From Candidatus Aminicenantes bacterium (GTDB taxonomy: Bacteria > Acidobacteriota > Aminicenantia > Aminicenantales > JAFGBC01): DNA of 64,000 nucleotides. Below the pieces are notes generated by a model. The model searched no databases. It saw only the letters and a list, made by a program, of their open reading frames with translations, and was not told the origin of the DNA. The translations under genes were made by a program, and so were the position numbers. Position 1 is the first letter of the stretch, and the number at the start of each line of letters is the position of its first letter. Shown in pieces: positions 33,078 to 43,869 of the stretch. Where the stretch lies: assembly GCA_963702005.1 (NCBI GenBank), contig OY969696.1:2528001-2592000 (forward strand), given 5' to 3'.

Positions 33078-33996
33078 ATGAATGAGATCGACGAGCTCTC
33101 CAAGCTCGACATTAAAACGCTCCCGCCGCTGCGGACGCTGCTCTTGGACGACCTTCATCAGAAGGTCCTCAAGAATCTTCACCTCGAGGTGGGCGCGGGC
33201 CCCATCCTCTACCTCCTGTCGCCCTCCTATTCGGTCCTCAACCCGGAGCCAAGCGAACGGGTCACCGACTTCATCACAAAGAAGGAAGCTCTTCTCGACT
33301 ACCTAAAGGAATCCATCATCCAGAGCCTGGCCCTCTATTCGGCCCTGCTCCCCGTCAACAGCTATTTCGTCGAGCAGAACAACCATCTTGTCCTGGCACG
33401 GCTCCAGGACAAGGACGCGGAGGCCCGGAGGTTCGAGGTCAAGTTCTACACCCATTCCCCCCTCGAGCTCCTCTCCCACTACGAGGACAAGATCTATATC
33501 GGCCGGGATTTCATCGATCTTTTCAACTTCAAGCGGAAGTATTTCGGCATCCGCGAGCTCATCCTGTCCCTCCAGGACGAGAACGAGGTCCTGATCGATC
33601 GGGCCCAGAACAGGCTCAAGAACGCCCTCGAGTACAAATCCTATTTTCAGGAGATCAAGGAATCGGTCGGCGAGCTCGTCGGCGAGAGCCGGGCCGCCCT
33701 CGAGTCCTTGCCCCCCTACCCGGACCCGGCGAAAATGTCGGCGGCCGACCTCATCGATATTAACGCCCAGTACCGGATTCTCAACCATTACATCATCGAA
33801 CTCCACGACGAGGTCGCGGAGTTCGAAGAACCTCCTCCACTTCCGGAAGGAGATCGACTTCGTCCGCTACGTCACGAAATACAAGAAGGACGTCACCAAC
33901 CTCATCTCCTACTTCAACATCAAGATCAACGGGTTCTTCTCCCAGCGGATCAGCGGCTTCAAGGGCAAGCACGCCCGAGCGGCTAGTCTTCGATGA
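33078..33996 (+). pseudogene. Hypothetical protein with an apparent 1-nt frameshift near 33827
   Basis: GC3-rich codon pattern switches frame at GAGTTCGAAGAACCTC; the shifted frame reads NLLHFRKEIDFVRYVTKYKKDVTNLISYFNIKINGFF to TGA at 33996. Confidence 0.7.
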
Positions 33997-35281
33997 TGAT
34001 GTCCTCGTAGGTCGTGGCCAAGGTTATGGCCGGCTTGCCGACGGCCTCTCCGAACGCCTTCAAGATGAAAGTCCCGTTCCCCTCGGTCTGAGAAGGAGCG
34101 TCGACCTTCCAAGTGACGCGGCCGCCATGGGAGCTCGCCTGGAGGGGATACCGCTCGCCCTTGGGCCAATAAAAGCGGATCCCGGCGTACTCGCCCTGGA
34201 CGTCGACCGGACCGGCCAGCGCGGCCGGCGTCAGGACCAAGTTTCCGTGTGAAAGCCGGACGGTCGTCCGCCCGCTGAACTCGCTGATCTCGACGTCCTC
34301 ATAGGATGTCGTGATCTGGATGTCCGGCCCTCGTAGCTTTTGACAGGTCACGAGCAGGCTCCGTCCGTCGATGCTGACGCTCCCCTGGACCTCGGTCATC
34401 TTGATGCGGCCGTAGGCGTCGCGGATCTCGCATGTCCCTTGAATGTTCGCGGCTTCAACGTCGGAATGGTCGGCCTCGACCCGAACCGGCCCGGCGCCGC
34501 TGAGGTGAATCGGCTCGTAGGAATTAGAGATTTTTATCGGGGAGGGGGAGTCCTGGCCGAGGATTTCGGTGTGGGGCGCGTCGATTTCGACCTCGCCTCC
34601 GACCTTCTGGAAGTCGAGAGTCCCATAGCGATGGAGGAGTTTAAGCTTGCCCTTGACGTCCCGGACGATGACCTTGGAATGGCGGGAATCAACCGCGGCA
34701 TCCGCGCCGCAGCGTTGCAGGTCGACATCCTCATAGCTGTTGACGATCGAAACGGGCCCGCTGATGTCGGCGGCGCTGACCGGTCCATGCGAATTATCGA
34801 CGGACAGGCCGCGAAGGCCGACGGCTGTGACCTTGCCGTAGGAGTTGTCTATGGTCACGGCCATCCGGGCCGGGCAGGTGATCCGGAAGTCCGTTTCGAA
34901 GTTCCTGCGCTTCCTGAACTCGTCCCGGGTCGTGGAAAGGACACTGCGTCCGGGGTCTTTGCGGAGGACGGCCCGCAGGCGGGCGGAGACCGCCCGGGCA
35001 TCCGCTTCGGTCCTGCGATAGATGCGCTTGGCGAGGGTGATCGTGATCCGGTCGGTCTCCCCGCCCTGGATCTCGACCTGACCGTGGGCGTTTTCGACGG
35101 TCAGGTCGTCGGGGAAGGGCGGCTCGACGGTCAGGGTTTCCTGATAGTTGAACTCCTCGGCGTTCCAGAGGATTCCCTCTTCAAAATCCCAGATGATCGG
35201 GAGATTCCCATGCTGGATTTCATGGACTAAGACACCGGCCCCGATGATGAAGAGAAGAAGGATGACCTCTCTGGCTCTCAT
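33983..35281 (-). CDS. DUF4097 / adhesin-like beta-repeat protein
   Basis: N-terminal TM segment; repeated NS(Y/H)G/E-V motifs. Confidence 0.8.
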   Translation of the reverse strand: MRAREVILLLFIIGAGVLVHEIQHGNLPIIWDFEEGILWNAEEFNYQETLTVEPPFPDDLTVENAHGQVEIQGGETDRITITLAKRIYRRTEADARAVSARLRAVLRKDPGRSVLSTTRDEFRKRRNFETDFRITCPARMAVTIDNSYGKVTAVGLRGLSVDNSHGPVSAADISGPVSIVNSYEDVDLQRCGADAAVDSRHSKVIVRDVKGKLKLLHRYGTLDFQKVGGEVEIDAPHTEILGQDSPSPIKISNSYEPIHLSGAGPVRVEADHSDVEAANIQGTCEIRDAYGRIKMTEVQGSVSIDGRSLLVTCQKLRGPDIQITTSYEDVEISEFSGRTTVRLSHGNLVLTPAALAGPVDVQGEYAGIRFYWPKGERYPLQASSHGGRVTWKVDAPSQTEGNGTFILKAFGEAVGKPAITLATTYEDIIIED

Positions 35282-35284
35282 GGC

Positions 35285-35500
35285 TTAGTCCTTTTCGGCC
35301 CCGCCCTCCGATGAACCCGCGGAGCGCTCCTTGAGGCCGAAATAGAGCTTCCAGCCGCCCCAGAAAATGAGGATGAGGGGCCAGAGCCGGCCCACGCTGT
35401 CCCAGACATCGATGTCGAGGTTGTCCAGGAAAAAGATGAGGCCGATGACGATCAGGATAAGCCCCCAGGCGAGGGGATCGCGTCGTCTGTGTCTGGACAT
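35285..35500 (-). CDS. DUF5668/LiaI-LiaF-like small membrane protein
   Basis: WGLILIVIGLIFFLDNL...RLWPLILI. Confidence 0.85.
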   Translation of the reverse strand: MSRHRRRDPLAWGLILIVIGLIFFLDNLDIDVWDSVGRLWPLILIFWGGWKLYFGLKERSAGSSEGGAEKD

Positions 35501-35518
35501 GGCTGCCTCCTTATCTCG

Positions 35519-36004
35519 TTAATCTTTGGTCTTGCCCGAAACGTGTTCGAAGACGAGCTTGATGCCGATGACGATGATGAGAATCGGCCAGTATTTCCAA
35601 ATCGAGCCGTAGTCGATGACGTCGAAGTTGCCCAGCAGGAATAGGGCGCCCAAGCCCATCAGGAACAAACCCCAGAAGACGGACCCGGTTTTGAATTCTC
35701 GGCCCGGCTCCTCGGCCTCCTCGTCGGCGTCGGGAGCCGCCAGGGCCTTGCGGTTGATGGCCTTGGCGACCTGGATGGCGTCGATAAGCTGAAAGATGTA
35801 GAACCCGGCCAGGCAGAGCCCGACGAAGGGCTGCATCCGGCCGCTGTCCTGCATGCTGACCAGGCCGGCGAAAACCAGGATATAAACCAGCCCCTTCAGG
35901 TATTGGCCCAGATAGAGGAATCCCGTCCCGGGGAAGATAGCGGACAGGATGCCGGCGGCCGCCGGGGATTTCGGCGGTGTTTTGACGATAACTTTCTGTT
36001 CCAT
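35519..36004 (-). CDS. TM2-like + DUF5668 membrane protein
   Basis: KSPAAAGILSAIFPGTGFLYLGQ; C-terminal KYWPILIIVIG. Confidence 0.8.
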   Translation of the reverse strand: MEQKVIVKTPPKSPAAAGILSAIFPGTGFLYLGQYLKGLVYILVFAGLVSMQDSGRMQPFVGLCLAGFYIFQLIDAIQVAKAINRKALAAPDADEEAEEPGREFKTGSVFWGLFLMGLGALFLLGNFDVIDYGSIWKYWPILIIVIGIKLVFEHVSGKTKD

Positions 36005-36019
36005 TGTCTTTACCTCCGT

Positions 36020-36526
36020 TTATTTTTTGCGCTCCTCGTCGCCGCCCAGGAGCTTGGAGCTCTTGACGGAGTCGAGGACGCTGCTTGTCATTTCACCCAG
36101 CCGGCCCGTCAGGCCCTCGGCGCGGGCATAGAGCTTCTCGACCTGGCCGTAGGCGAGGTGGACCCGGCGGCTGAGGGAGCGGTCGATGAGCTTCCGATTC
36201 GGGTGGAAGGCGTACATCGAGGCCATGATGAGGACGGCCGACAGAACGGCCAGGGCCGGTTGGAGCCTGGGCAGGAAGAATCGGTTCAGCCGGACGAAAA
36301 ACGGCTTCTTCGTCTCGGGTATGGCGTAGAGCTCGGCCAGGAGGGCGGGATTGATTCCGGCCTCGGGGAAGGAAGCCAAAGCGGCCCGGCTCTCGCCCAT
36401 CAAGGCCAGGAGCTCGCGGCAATCCGGGCATCCGGCGAGGTGGCTCTCGATCCGGGACCGTTCGGCCGCGGTCGGCTCGCCGTCCAGGAGGGCGGAGAAT
36501 GACTCTCGGATGGCGTCACAGGTCAT
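36020..36526 (-). CDS. Zinc-finger (zf-HC2) anti-sigma factor
   Basis: HLAGCPDC ZAS motif, one TM segment. Confidence 0.9.
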   Translation of the reverse strand: MTCDAIRESFSALLDGEPTAAERSRIESHLAGCPDCRELLALMGESRAALASFPEAGINPALLAELYAIPETKKPFFVRLNRFFLPRLQPALAVLSAVLIMASMYAFHPNRKLIDRSLSRRVHLAYGQVEKLYARAEGLTGRLGEMTSSVLDSVKSSKLLGGDEERKK

Positions 36527-37076
36527 GGCATTCTCCCTTCTGTTCCTTCAGCGCCATCGCCAACTGCAGCCGGCCCCGGTTGATCCGGGACTTGACCGTC
36601 CCCAGGGGAAGGTCGAGGATCTCGGCCGTCTCTTCGTAGGATTTGTCTTGGATGTCCCTGAGGATGACGGCCATCCGGGTTTCCGGGGTGAGCCCGGCCA
36701 AGGCCTTCCAGAGCATCTTCTTGCGCTCTTCGCGGACCAGGTCCCGTTCGGGGTTGCTTTTGGATTCGGTCCGGTATAGGACGTCCTCGAAGTCGTCCCG
36801 GTTGGCCTTTTCCCATTTGGACTTCCTGTAGACGTCGATGAGGTGGTTCTTGGCCAGCGTCAAGAGCCAGGCGGCGAAGCTCTTGGAAGAGTCGTACTTG
36901 GGAAGAACGCCGTGAAGCTTGAGGAAAATATCCTGGGTCAGATCCTCGGCCTCCTGGTAGCTGCCGCAGAACTGGTAGGCCAGGTTGAAGACCCGTTTGG
37001 AATAAGTGTTCACCAGCGTCTCCCAGGCTCCTTGTTCGCCTTTTAAACATCCTTCGATCAACGTCTTGTCCTGCAC
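36516..37076 (-). CDS. ECF RNA polymerase sigma factor
   Basis: AEDLTQDIF, FAAWL, SYEETAEILDLPLGTVKSRINRGR. Confidence 0.95.
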   Translation of the reverse strand: MQDKTLIEGCLKGEQGAWETLVNTYSKRVFNLAYQFCGSYQEAEDLTQDIFLKLHGVLPKYDSSKSFAAWLLTLAKNHLIDVYRKSKWEKANRDDFEDVLYRTESKSNPERDLVREERKKMLWKALAGLTPETRMAVILRDIQDKSYEETAEILDLPLGTVKSRINRGRLQLAMALKEQKGECHDL

Positions 37077-37235
37077 TCACTTCACCCGGATAGACGAAAA
37101 TGGCGCTTATAAAGTTCCGTAGCCCAATTCTATTTTTTGGATGCCTCGCCTGTCAACAGCATCCGTCCTGTTTGCCGGGTCGACAGGGACGAGAAAATTG
37201 CGGTAAACTGGGCCGGAACTAGGAGGGAGACCGAA

Positions 37236-39317
37236 ATGACCATTGGGGTTAGAAAAATAATCATCGTCTTGGCCGTACTGGCCGGGATCGTTCAGGGCGC
37301 CTTCGCCGTCAAGCCCATACCGTTCAAAACGGTGTTGTATGGGGTTTCCTATTACTGTGAATACATGCCCTATGAGCGGCTCGAGCAGGACGCTCGTCTG
37401 ATGGAACAGGCCGGGATCAACTTTGTCCGGCTGGGGGAGTCGAGCTGGGGGGTCTTGGAGCCCCGTGACGGGGAATTCGACTTTGCTTGGCTCGACAGGG
37501 TCGTCGAAAGGCTCCACAAGGCAGGGATCAAGGTCATCCTGGGCACGCCGACCTACTCCATTCCGGCTTGGCTATTCCATCTGCACCCCGAGATCCAGGT
37601 CAAACAGGTCAATCAACCCCGGTACACCTACGGCATCCGCCAGATGACGGACTTGACGCACCCGGTCTATCGGCGGTATGCAGAAAGGATCATACGGAAG
37701 CTCGTTGTACATTTTAGGGACCTCCCGGCCATTATCGGCTATCAGCTCGATAACGAGACCCATCCCTCGGGGACGGCCGACGGGCGGGTCCAACTGCTCT
37801 TCCGGGACCGCCTCCAGTCCAAGTTCAAGACTGCCGACGCGCTCAACCGGGCCTGGGGCTTGAATTATTGGGGCCAGCGCATCAACGACTTCGCCGAGCT
37901 GCCGCCCCGGGACGGCGCCCTAAACCCGGGATACAAGCTCGAATGGGAACGCTTTCAACAATGGGTCGCCACGGATTTTCTGGCTTGGCAGGCGGGGATC
38001 GTCCGGGAACTGGCCCGGCCCGACCAGTTCATCACCCATGATTTCTGCGGCGGCCTGCCCACGGATGTGGACCACGTCGACATCGCCAAGGCCCTTGACG
38101 TCACGGCCGTCAATATTTACCACGGCGTCCAGGACAACCTCAACGGCGAGGAGATCGCCTTCTCGGGCGACCTGCACCGTTCACTCAATAAGGGCAATTA
38201 CCTCGTTACCGAGACCAACGCCCAGACGATCGGTTGGGACTCGCAAGCTCAGTTTCCACCCTACGACGGGCAGCTCCGCTTGTCGGCCTTCGCCCAGATC
38301 GCCAGCGGCGCCAACCTGGTGGCTTACTGGCACTGGCACTCGCTCCATTATGGACAGGAAACCTACTGGAAGGGAGTTCTGTCCCATGACCTCGAGCCGG
38401 GCCGGGCCTTCGAGGAAGTGAGCCGGATCGCCGCGGACTTGAAGAGGGTGGGGCCCGAGCTCGCGAATCTCAAGAAGAAGAATCGAGTCGCCATCCTCTA
38501 CAGCCTTGATTCGCTCCACGCCTTGAACTTCATGCCTTTCGACGGCGCCGCGAATTATATGACGGTCCTCAACCAGATCTACCGCGCCCTGTACGGGCTC
38601 AACGTGGAGACCGATTTCATCTTTCCGAAGAGCGAGAGCTTAAAAGACTACAACTTGATCGTGGTCCCCCCGCTCTACATCGCGAGCGACGAACTCCTGG
38701 GGCGGTTGGCCGCGTATGTCAAGGACGGCGGCCATCTCCTGATGTCGTTCAAGAGCGGCTTCTGCGATGAGAACTCGACGGTCCGCTGGACCATGGCTCC
38801 GGGACCATTGCGGGAAGCGGCCGGATTTCATTACCAGGAGTTTTCCAACTTAACGAATCCCTTGGCCTTAAAAGGCGATCCGTTCGGCGCCGGGGAGAAC
38901 AATAAGGTTTCGGTTTGGGCGGAGATGATTATCCCTGAGCGGGCGCAGACGTTGGCATTTTACGATCATCCGTTCTTCGGCAGGTATCCGGCGGTCACCA
39001 GAAATACATTCGGGAAAGGGAGCTTGACCTACATGGGAACGTTCCCCTCCGATAAGCTCTTTGAGAAAATCCTTGAGGACACGCTCAAGACGGCGGGCAT
39101 TCCCCTCGAAGATAGAGGATTGCCGCCCTCCATCCGGGTCAGGCGAGGAACGACGGCGGCGGGTCGGCCGGTGGCCTTCTATCTCAATTTTTCCGGCGAG
39201 CGGATTCCCTTCTCCTACGCCGGCGGCAACGGAACCGAGCTCATGTCCGGGCGACCCGTAAAAAGCGGAGAGCTGTTGTCTGTTGCCCCTTGGGATTTTG
39301 TGATTGTCCGGGAATAG
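37236..39317 (+). CDS. Secreted beta-galactosidase, GH42 family
   Basis: YGVSYY.E, VRLGESSW..LEP, YQLDNET, VTETNAQ; signal peptide. Confidence 0.9.
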   Translation: MTIGVRKIIIVLAVLAGIVQGAFAVKPIPFKTVLYGVSYYCEYMPYERLEQDARLMEQAGINFVRLGESSWGVLEPRDGEFDFAWLDRVVERLHKAGIKVILGTPTYSIPAWLFHLHPEIQVKQVNQPRYTYGIRQMTDLTHPVYRRYAERIIRKLVVHFRDLPAIIGYQLDNETHPSGTADGRVQLLFRDRLQSKFKTADALNRAWGLNYWGQRINDFAELPPRDGALNPGYKLEWERFQQWVATDFLAWQAGIVRELARPDQFITHDFCGGLPTDVDHVDIAKALDVTAVNIYHGVQDNLNGEEIAFSGDLHRSLNKGNYLVTETNAQTIGWDSQAQFPPYDGQLRLSAFAQIASGANLVAYWHWHSLHYGQETYWKGVLSHDLEPGRAFEEVSRIAADLKRVGPELANLKKKNRVAILYSLDSLHALNFMPFDGAANYMTVLNQIYRALYGLNVETDFIFPKSESLKDYNLIVVPPLYIASDELLGRLAAYVKDGGHLLMSFKSGFCDENSTVRWTMAPGPLREAAGFHYQEFSNLTNPLALKGDPFGAGENNKVSVWAEMIIPERAQTLAFYDHPFFGRYPAVTRNTFGKGSLTYMGTFPSDKLFEKILEDTLKTAGIPLEDRGLPPSIRVRRGTTAAGRPVAFYLNFSGERIPFSYAGGNGTELMSGRPVKSGELLSVAPWDFVIVRE

Positions 39318-39385
39318 CGAAACGGCGGATATCGGCCTATATCAATCCCCTTCGCGGGATCCCACGGACGTAAGTCCGAGGAGCT

Positions 39386-40447
39386 TCAGTCCGGATGCCG
39401 GTGGCGGTGGTGGCTGTCCGGCCAATGCCCATGGACGTGCTCCAATTCCTCGTGTTCATGCTCGTGAACGTGAGGGGTCGCACTGTCCGCTGTCGGGTGG
39501 CGATGGTCATGATGGCCGTCCCGATGGGTATGGACATGGGTATGGACCGTCTTCTCATGGCGGTGCCGATGGCCGTGCTTTTCCCTGATAACGAGCCAGG
39601 CGCCGGCGGCCATGAGAACAAGGGCCGGAAGCATTAAAGCGTTCGCTGTCTCTTTGAGCAAGATAGGGGAGAGGCCCGCGGCGATGAAGGGCGCCAAACC
39701 GAAGAACGCTCCTGTTCGGGCCGCGCCCCAGCCCTCCAGGGCCTTGATGAAGAAGACGAGACTCAGCCCATAGCTAACGAAACCGAGAACGAGGCCCGAA
39801 GCCAACCGGACATCCAAGGCGGGCCTGATTCCCAGAGCCAGGGCGACCATGAGGGTGATCGATCCGGCGCAGAGCCCTTTGATTCTGGCGACAAGGACGG
39901 GGTCCTTGTCCGATATGTGCCTGGTCAGGTTATTGTCCAGGGCCCAGCAGAACATGGACGCCAGGACAAGGATCGGGCCGGACGGGCTGAGGATTCTTCC
40001 TTCCGAGTCCCAAGATAGGATAACGGCCGCAGCCGTCATAAAGCCTAACGCAGCCCATAGGCGCGGGGCGGCCGGCTCCTTGAATAGGACGACAGCAATC
40101 AGGGCCGTGAACAGCCCTTCCAAGTTGAGGAGCAGGGACGCCGAGAATCCCAAGGTCCGGGTCAGTCCGTACATGAGGAGAATGGGCCCGAGGATGCCGC
40201 CCGCCAGGATGGCTCCCGCCAGCCACCAGCGATCCCGAATTCCAAAGGCGATCACGGGTTTTTTGCGTCCGGGATCAAGGACCTTCTGAGCCCCGGCGAA
40301 GACGGTTAAGCCCGCGAACGCGCCCAGATAGAGGACGGCCGAGAGGACCAGGGGATGGGTCTCTCTGAGAAGGATCTTTGCGAAGGGCGGGCTTAAGCCG
40401 AACAGGACGGCAGCGATAAGGACCTGGATTAGGGGCCGCTTAGTCAT
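39386..40447 (-). CDS. EamA/DMT transporter with His-rich C-terminal tail
   Basis: About 10 TM segments, SLLLNLEG, WALDNNLTR, tail ending HGHWPDSHHRHRH. Confidence 0.9.
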   Translation of the reverse strand: MTKRPLIQVLIAAVLFGLSPPFAKILLRETHPLVLSAVLYLGAFAGLTVFAGAQKVLDPGRKKPVIAFGIRDRWWLAGAILAGGILGPILLMYGLTRTLGFSASLLLNLEGLFTALIAVVLFKEPAAPRLWAALGFMTAAAVILSWDSEGRILSPSGPILVLASMFCWALDNNLTRHISDKDPVLVARIKGLCAGSITLMVALALGIRPALDVRLASGLVLGFVSYGLSLVFFIKALEGWGAARTGAFFGLAPFIAAGLSPILLKETANALMLPALVLMAAGAWLVIREKHGHRHRHEKTVHTHVHTHRDGHHDHRHPTADSATPHVHEHEHEELEHVHGHWPDSHHRHRHPD

Positions 40448-40456
40448 ATCTGCCGG

Positions 40457-42100
40457 TCAGGGACGCTCCTTGAGGTTTCGAACGGCGGTCTTGGCCGCTC
40501 CCGGCCCCAGTTCGAAGGGAACCTTAGCCTCTCGAAAGTCATTTCCGGCGAGTCCGATGTCACGGCTGCGCTCGCCCCGGACGAGCAGGAAAATGCCGGT
40601 CCCGGGAACGGAACGGCAGTTCCGGACCAGGGCCTTTTCAACGTTGTCCAGGACGACGGCCGGAGCGGCTGCAGGATCGGCCGCGCCGGGCCCGCCCTTG
40701 AAACCGTCGAGGTCCAGGTCCTGGATGTCCTCGAGAGCAAGGGCGCTCCGCCATTGGGCGTAGGCAGGCTTCTCCCAAACTATCTCGACGTCCTTGAGCC
40801 TGAGGTTGCGGGCCCACCGGAAGGAGAGAGCGTGGACGGCCTTGTCGTAGACCGCCCCGGGGTCGTGGGCCACGAAAAGCTTAACGTTGTCGAGAGTCAC
40901 GCCCTCGAGCCAGTTCTCGGGATGGCCGTTGCAGACGCTCGATCCCTTTCCATGGGCGATGACGTTCCGGATCGTCAGATTACGGACCGAGCCGGCCGGC
41001 CGGTCGTCCTCCTTTTTCCAGTTTTTATGGACCTCGCTCCGTTTTTTGACGTTGAAATGGAGCGGATCGCCGTCCCCCCACCAGAACCAGTCGAAGCGAT
41101 TGCATTCGATGGTCAAGTTGGAGAGGATGATGTCGCTGACCTCGCCGCCGTCGAAGTCCATGACGGCGATCCCGCGATTTGAATTGGTGATGACGCAGTT
41201 GTCGACGGTGACCCGGCGTATGGCGTTCATGTTCCCGTCGCAGAACTTAAGGGCGCTCGAGGATGAACTCAGCCGGCAGTTGGTGACCGTGATGTTCTCA
41301 CAGGGCAGGGCCGGGCCGAACCAGTTCATGGAGTAGAAGACGAGGGCGTCGTCGCCCGTCTCAATCGTCGAGTTTGCAATGCGGAGATCCCTGCAGCCGT
41401 CGGGGTCGATCCCGTCGGCCCAGACGCCGTCTCTCTGACTTGATTTAATATAGACGCCGTCGATGATCATCCGCTCGCAGCCGTAGGGATGGATGGTCCA
41501 GGACGGAGAATCGACGAACGACAAGCCCGTGATCCGGACGTCCTTGCAGCGGAGGAGGAGCACGAGCTTTCCGAACTGGTTCGATTTGGGGAAGGAGCGC
41601 AGGAGGGGCTTCCCGGCCCGCTCCTGCATGAGCTGGTTGGGGTAGATGAAGTCGTCATGGAAATCGCCCTTGGGACGCCATTCATACTCTCCTTGCCCGT
41701 CGACGATACCGCGGCCCTCGAGCGTGATGCCCTCCAGGTCTTCTCCGTAGAACAAGGCGTCCTTGTCGAAGGCGGCCTTATTGTTCTTCATGGAGTAGAT
41801 TGTTGCGCCGGCCTCGATGAGGAAGCGGACATGACTTCTAAGGTGGACCGTCCCGGTCGAGTATTCGCCCGGCGGGACATAGACTATGCCGCCGCCAGCG
41901 GCCGCGCAGGCATCGACCGCTTTCTGGAGGGACGGCCGGGCGTCGTCGGATTTGATGCCGGAGGCCCCATAGTGCCGGACGTTGAAAATAGCAGGCGCGC
42001 TGGAGCCCGTCTTGGAGGCCGGCTCCTGAGGCTCCGCGGATATTGCCATGAAAACGGCGACGACGATTCCGGCCGTCATCAGAGTCGAAATTCTCTTCAT
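40457..42100 (-). CDS. Secreted glycoside hydrolase family 28 / pectin-lyase-fold protein
   Basis: FNVRHYGA, VYVPPGEY.TG...LRS, ADGIDPD, TGDDAL. Confidence 0.85.
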   Translation of the reverse strand: MKRISTLMTAGIVVAVFMAISAEPQEPASKTGSSAPAIFNVRHYGASGIKSDDARPSLQKAVDACAAAGGGIVYVPPGEYSTGTVHLRSHVRFLIEAGATIYSMKNNKAAFDKDALFYGEDLEGITLEGRGIVDGQGEYEWRPKGDFHDDFIYPNQLMQERAGKPLLRSFPKSNQFGKLVLLLRCKDVRITGLSFVDSPSWTIHPYGCERMIIDGVYIKSSQRDGVWADGIDPDGCRDLRIANSTIETGDDALVFYSMNWFGPALPCENITVTNCRLSSSSSALKFCDGNMNAIRRVTVDNCVITNSNRGIAVMDFDGGEVSDIILSNLTIECNRFDWFWWGDGDPLHFNVKKRSEVHKNWKKEDDRPAGSVRNLTIRNVIAHGKGSSVCNGHPENWLEGVTLDNVKLFVAHDPGAVYDKAVHALSFRWARNLRLKDVEIVWEKPAYAQWRSALALEDIQDLDLDGFKGGPGAADPAAAPAVVLDNVEKALVRNCRSVPGTGIFLLVRGERSRDIGLAGNDFREAKVPFELGPGAAKTAVRNLKERP

Positions 42101-42122
42101 CAGAAACCTCCTTCGCGGCGGA

Positions 42123-43211
42123 TCAGGGCTTGTGGCCGCAGCGGATGCCCCTCGGGTTGAGGCACTTATTACAGGAGACGCAGTCGGAGCGGCCGATCTC
42201 GCCGGTCCGAAATTTATGGACGAGCTGCGGATCCTTGATGAGGGGACGGCTCAAAGAGATGAAATCCGCCCCGCCGTCCAAGACGGCTTTTCCCATGGCC
42301 CGCAAGGTCCGCCAGCCGCCCAGCCCGAAGACGGGGATCCGGACGGCCGCCTTGACCTTGGCCGCGCTGTCCACAAAATAGCCTTCCTCCTCCTCGGACC
42401 TCAGCCCCTCCCACATGGATCCCTTTCCCGCTTCGGCCATGCCGCCGCTGACCTCGATGCCGTCCAGTCCTTCCGCTTCGAGCGTCCGGGCGACGCGGAC
42501 GCTGTCCTCGACCATCAATCCGCCGTCCAGGAAATCCGTCGAGTTCAGCTTGATGATAATGGGAAAATCCCGGCCGGCGATCCGCCTGATGCCGCGCATA
42601 ATCTCGACCAGAACTCGGCTCCTATTATCCAAGCTGCCGCCCCATTCGTCCGGTCGCCGGTTTGTGTGGGGCGATAGGAAGGAGCTCAGGAGATAGCCGT
42701 GAGCGGCATGGAGCTGGACGCCGTCGAAACCGGCCTCCCTGGCCCGCCGGGCAGCGGCGACGAAATCGGCGATGAGAGCCGGGATCTCGGCAGCTGAAAG
42801 AGCCCTGGGCATGATCTTGGAGACAGGATCGTAGACGGCCGAGGGCGCGACCGGGATGCAGCCGCAAATCCTCTCCTTGGTCTGGCGTCCGGCATGGGCG
42901 ATTTGGAGAAACACCTTGGAAGGGAAGGCATGGACGGCCTCGGGGATCCGGCGCAGCCCCTGAACCATCCCATCCTGATGGACGCCGAGCTGGCGAGGGG
43001 CGGCTTTCCCGGCCGCTTGGACGAAGGCATGGCCGGTGATGATAAGGCCGACCTCGCCCCGGCCGAGCTCCCGGAACAGCTCGATCTGGCGGTCCGTGAC
43101 GCGGCCGTCCTCCTCGGCCAGAAAATCATGAGTCGCCGACCTGACGAAGCGATTGGGGAGTGTCAGAGATCCCAGCCGGGCTTCCCGGAAAAGTATCGAT
43201 GGAGCGTTCAT
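42123..43211 (-). CDS. NADH:flavin oxidoreductase (Old Yellow Enzyme family)
   Basis: NRFVRSAT, QIAHAGRQ, GFDGVQLHAAHGYLLSSFLSP..N.R.DEWGG. Confidence 0.93.
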   Translation of the reverse strand: MNAPSILFREARLGSLTLPNRFVRSATHDFLAEEDGRVTDRQIELFRELGRGEVGLIITGHAFVQAAGKAAPRQLGVHQDGMVQGLRRIPEAVHAFPSKVFLQIAHAGRQTKERICGCIPVAPSAVYDPVSKIMPRALSAAEIPALIADFVAAARRAREAGFDGVQLHAAHGYLLSSFLSPHTNRRPDEWGGSLDNRSRVLVEIMRGIRRIAGRDFPIIIKLNSTDFLDGGLMVEDSVRVARTLEAEGLDGIEVSGGMAEAGKGSMWEGLRSEEEEGYFVDSAAKVKAAVRIPVFGLGGWRTLRAMGKAVLDGGADFISLSRPLIKDPQLVHKFRTGEIGRSDCVSCNKCLNPRGIRCGHKP

Positions 43212-43278
43212 TTCCCCTCCATTTTCTGGTATTTTGGACTGGGATGCAACGGTCCGCTCCCAGGCAGGGTTTTAGACA

Positions 43279-43869
43279 ATGAGCATGGACGAACAAGATC
43301 TGGTCCGCAAGGTCCAGGCCGGCGACGAAGATGCCTTTGCCGAGATCGTCCGTCTCTATAAAGACAGGATTGTGAATTACCTCTTTCAATTTACGCGCGA
43401 TTACCAGAAGGCCGTCGACCTGTCCCAGGAAACGTTCATCAGGGTCTATTTCAAAGCCGATAAATACAAGCCGGTTGCGCCCTTCTCATCCTGGATCTAC
43501 ACCATCGCCTCGAACCTGGCCAAAACCGAGCTCAAGCGGTCCAACCGGCATAGCACCGTGTCCCTGGATGAGGTCACATCCCACTTCGAATCGGGTGCTT
43601 ACAGCGAGGACCGGCCGGATTCGGGCCTCATCAAGAACCTACACAAGGCTCTGGACGGCCTCCACCCCCGCTACCGCATTCCCGTCGTCCTCAAGGACAT
43701 CGAGGGGTTTTCCCAGGAGGAGATCGCCCGGATCATCAAAAAGCCGGTGGGCACGGTCAAAGCCCGAATCAGCCGTGGCCGCGGCTACTTGAAACGGGAA
43801 CTGGAGAAGGCCCTTCATGTCCGGGTCGACGGCGCAACGCTCAAAGGAGAGTCCCATGGACGAGCTTAA
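43279..43869 (+). CDS. ECF RNA polymerase sigma factor
   Basis: DLSQETF, FSSWIYTIA.N, EIARII..PVGTVKARISRGR. Confidence 0.95.
   Translation: MSMDEQDLVRKVQAGDEDAFAEIVRLYKDRIVNYLFQFTRDYQKAVDLSQETFIRVYFKADKYKPVAPFSSWIYTIASNLAKTELKRSNRHSTVSLDEVTSHFESGAYSEDRPDSGLIKNLHKALDGLHPRYRIPVVLKDIEGFSQEEIARIIKKPVGTVKARISRGRGYLKRELEKALHVRVDGATLKGESHGRA

Noticed and set aside
39386-39600. His-rich repetitive tail as a novel repeat
   Set aside because: Commonly seen in this EamA subfamily
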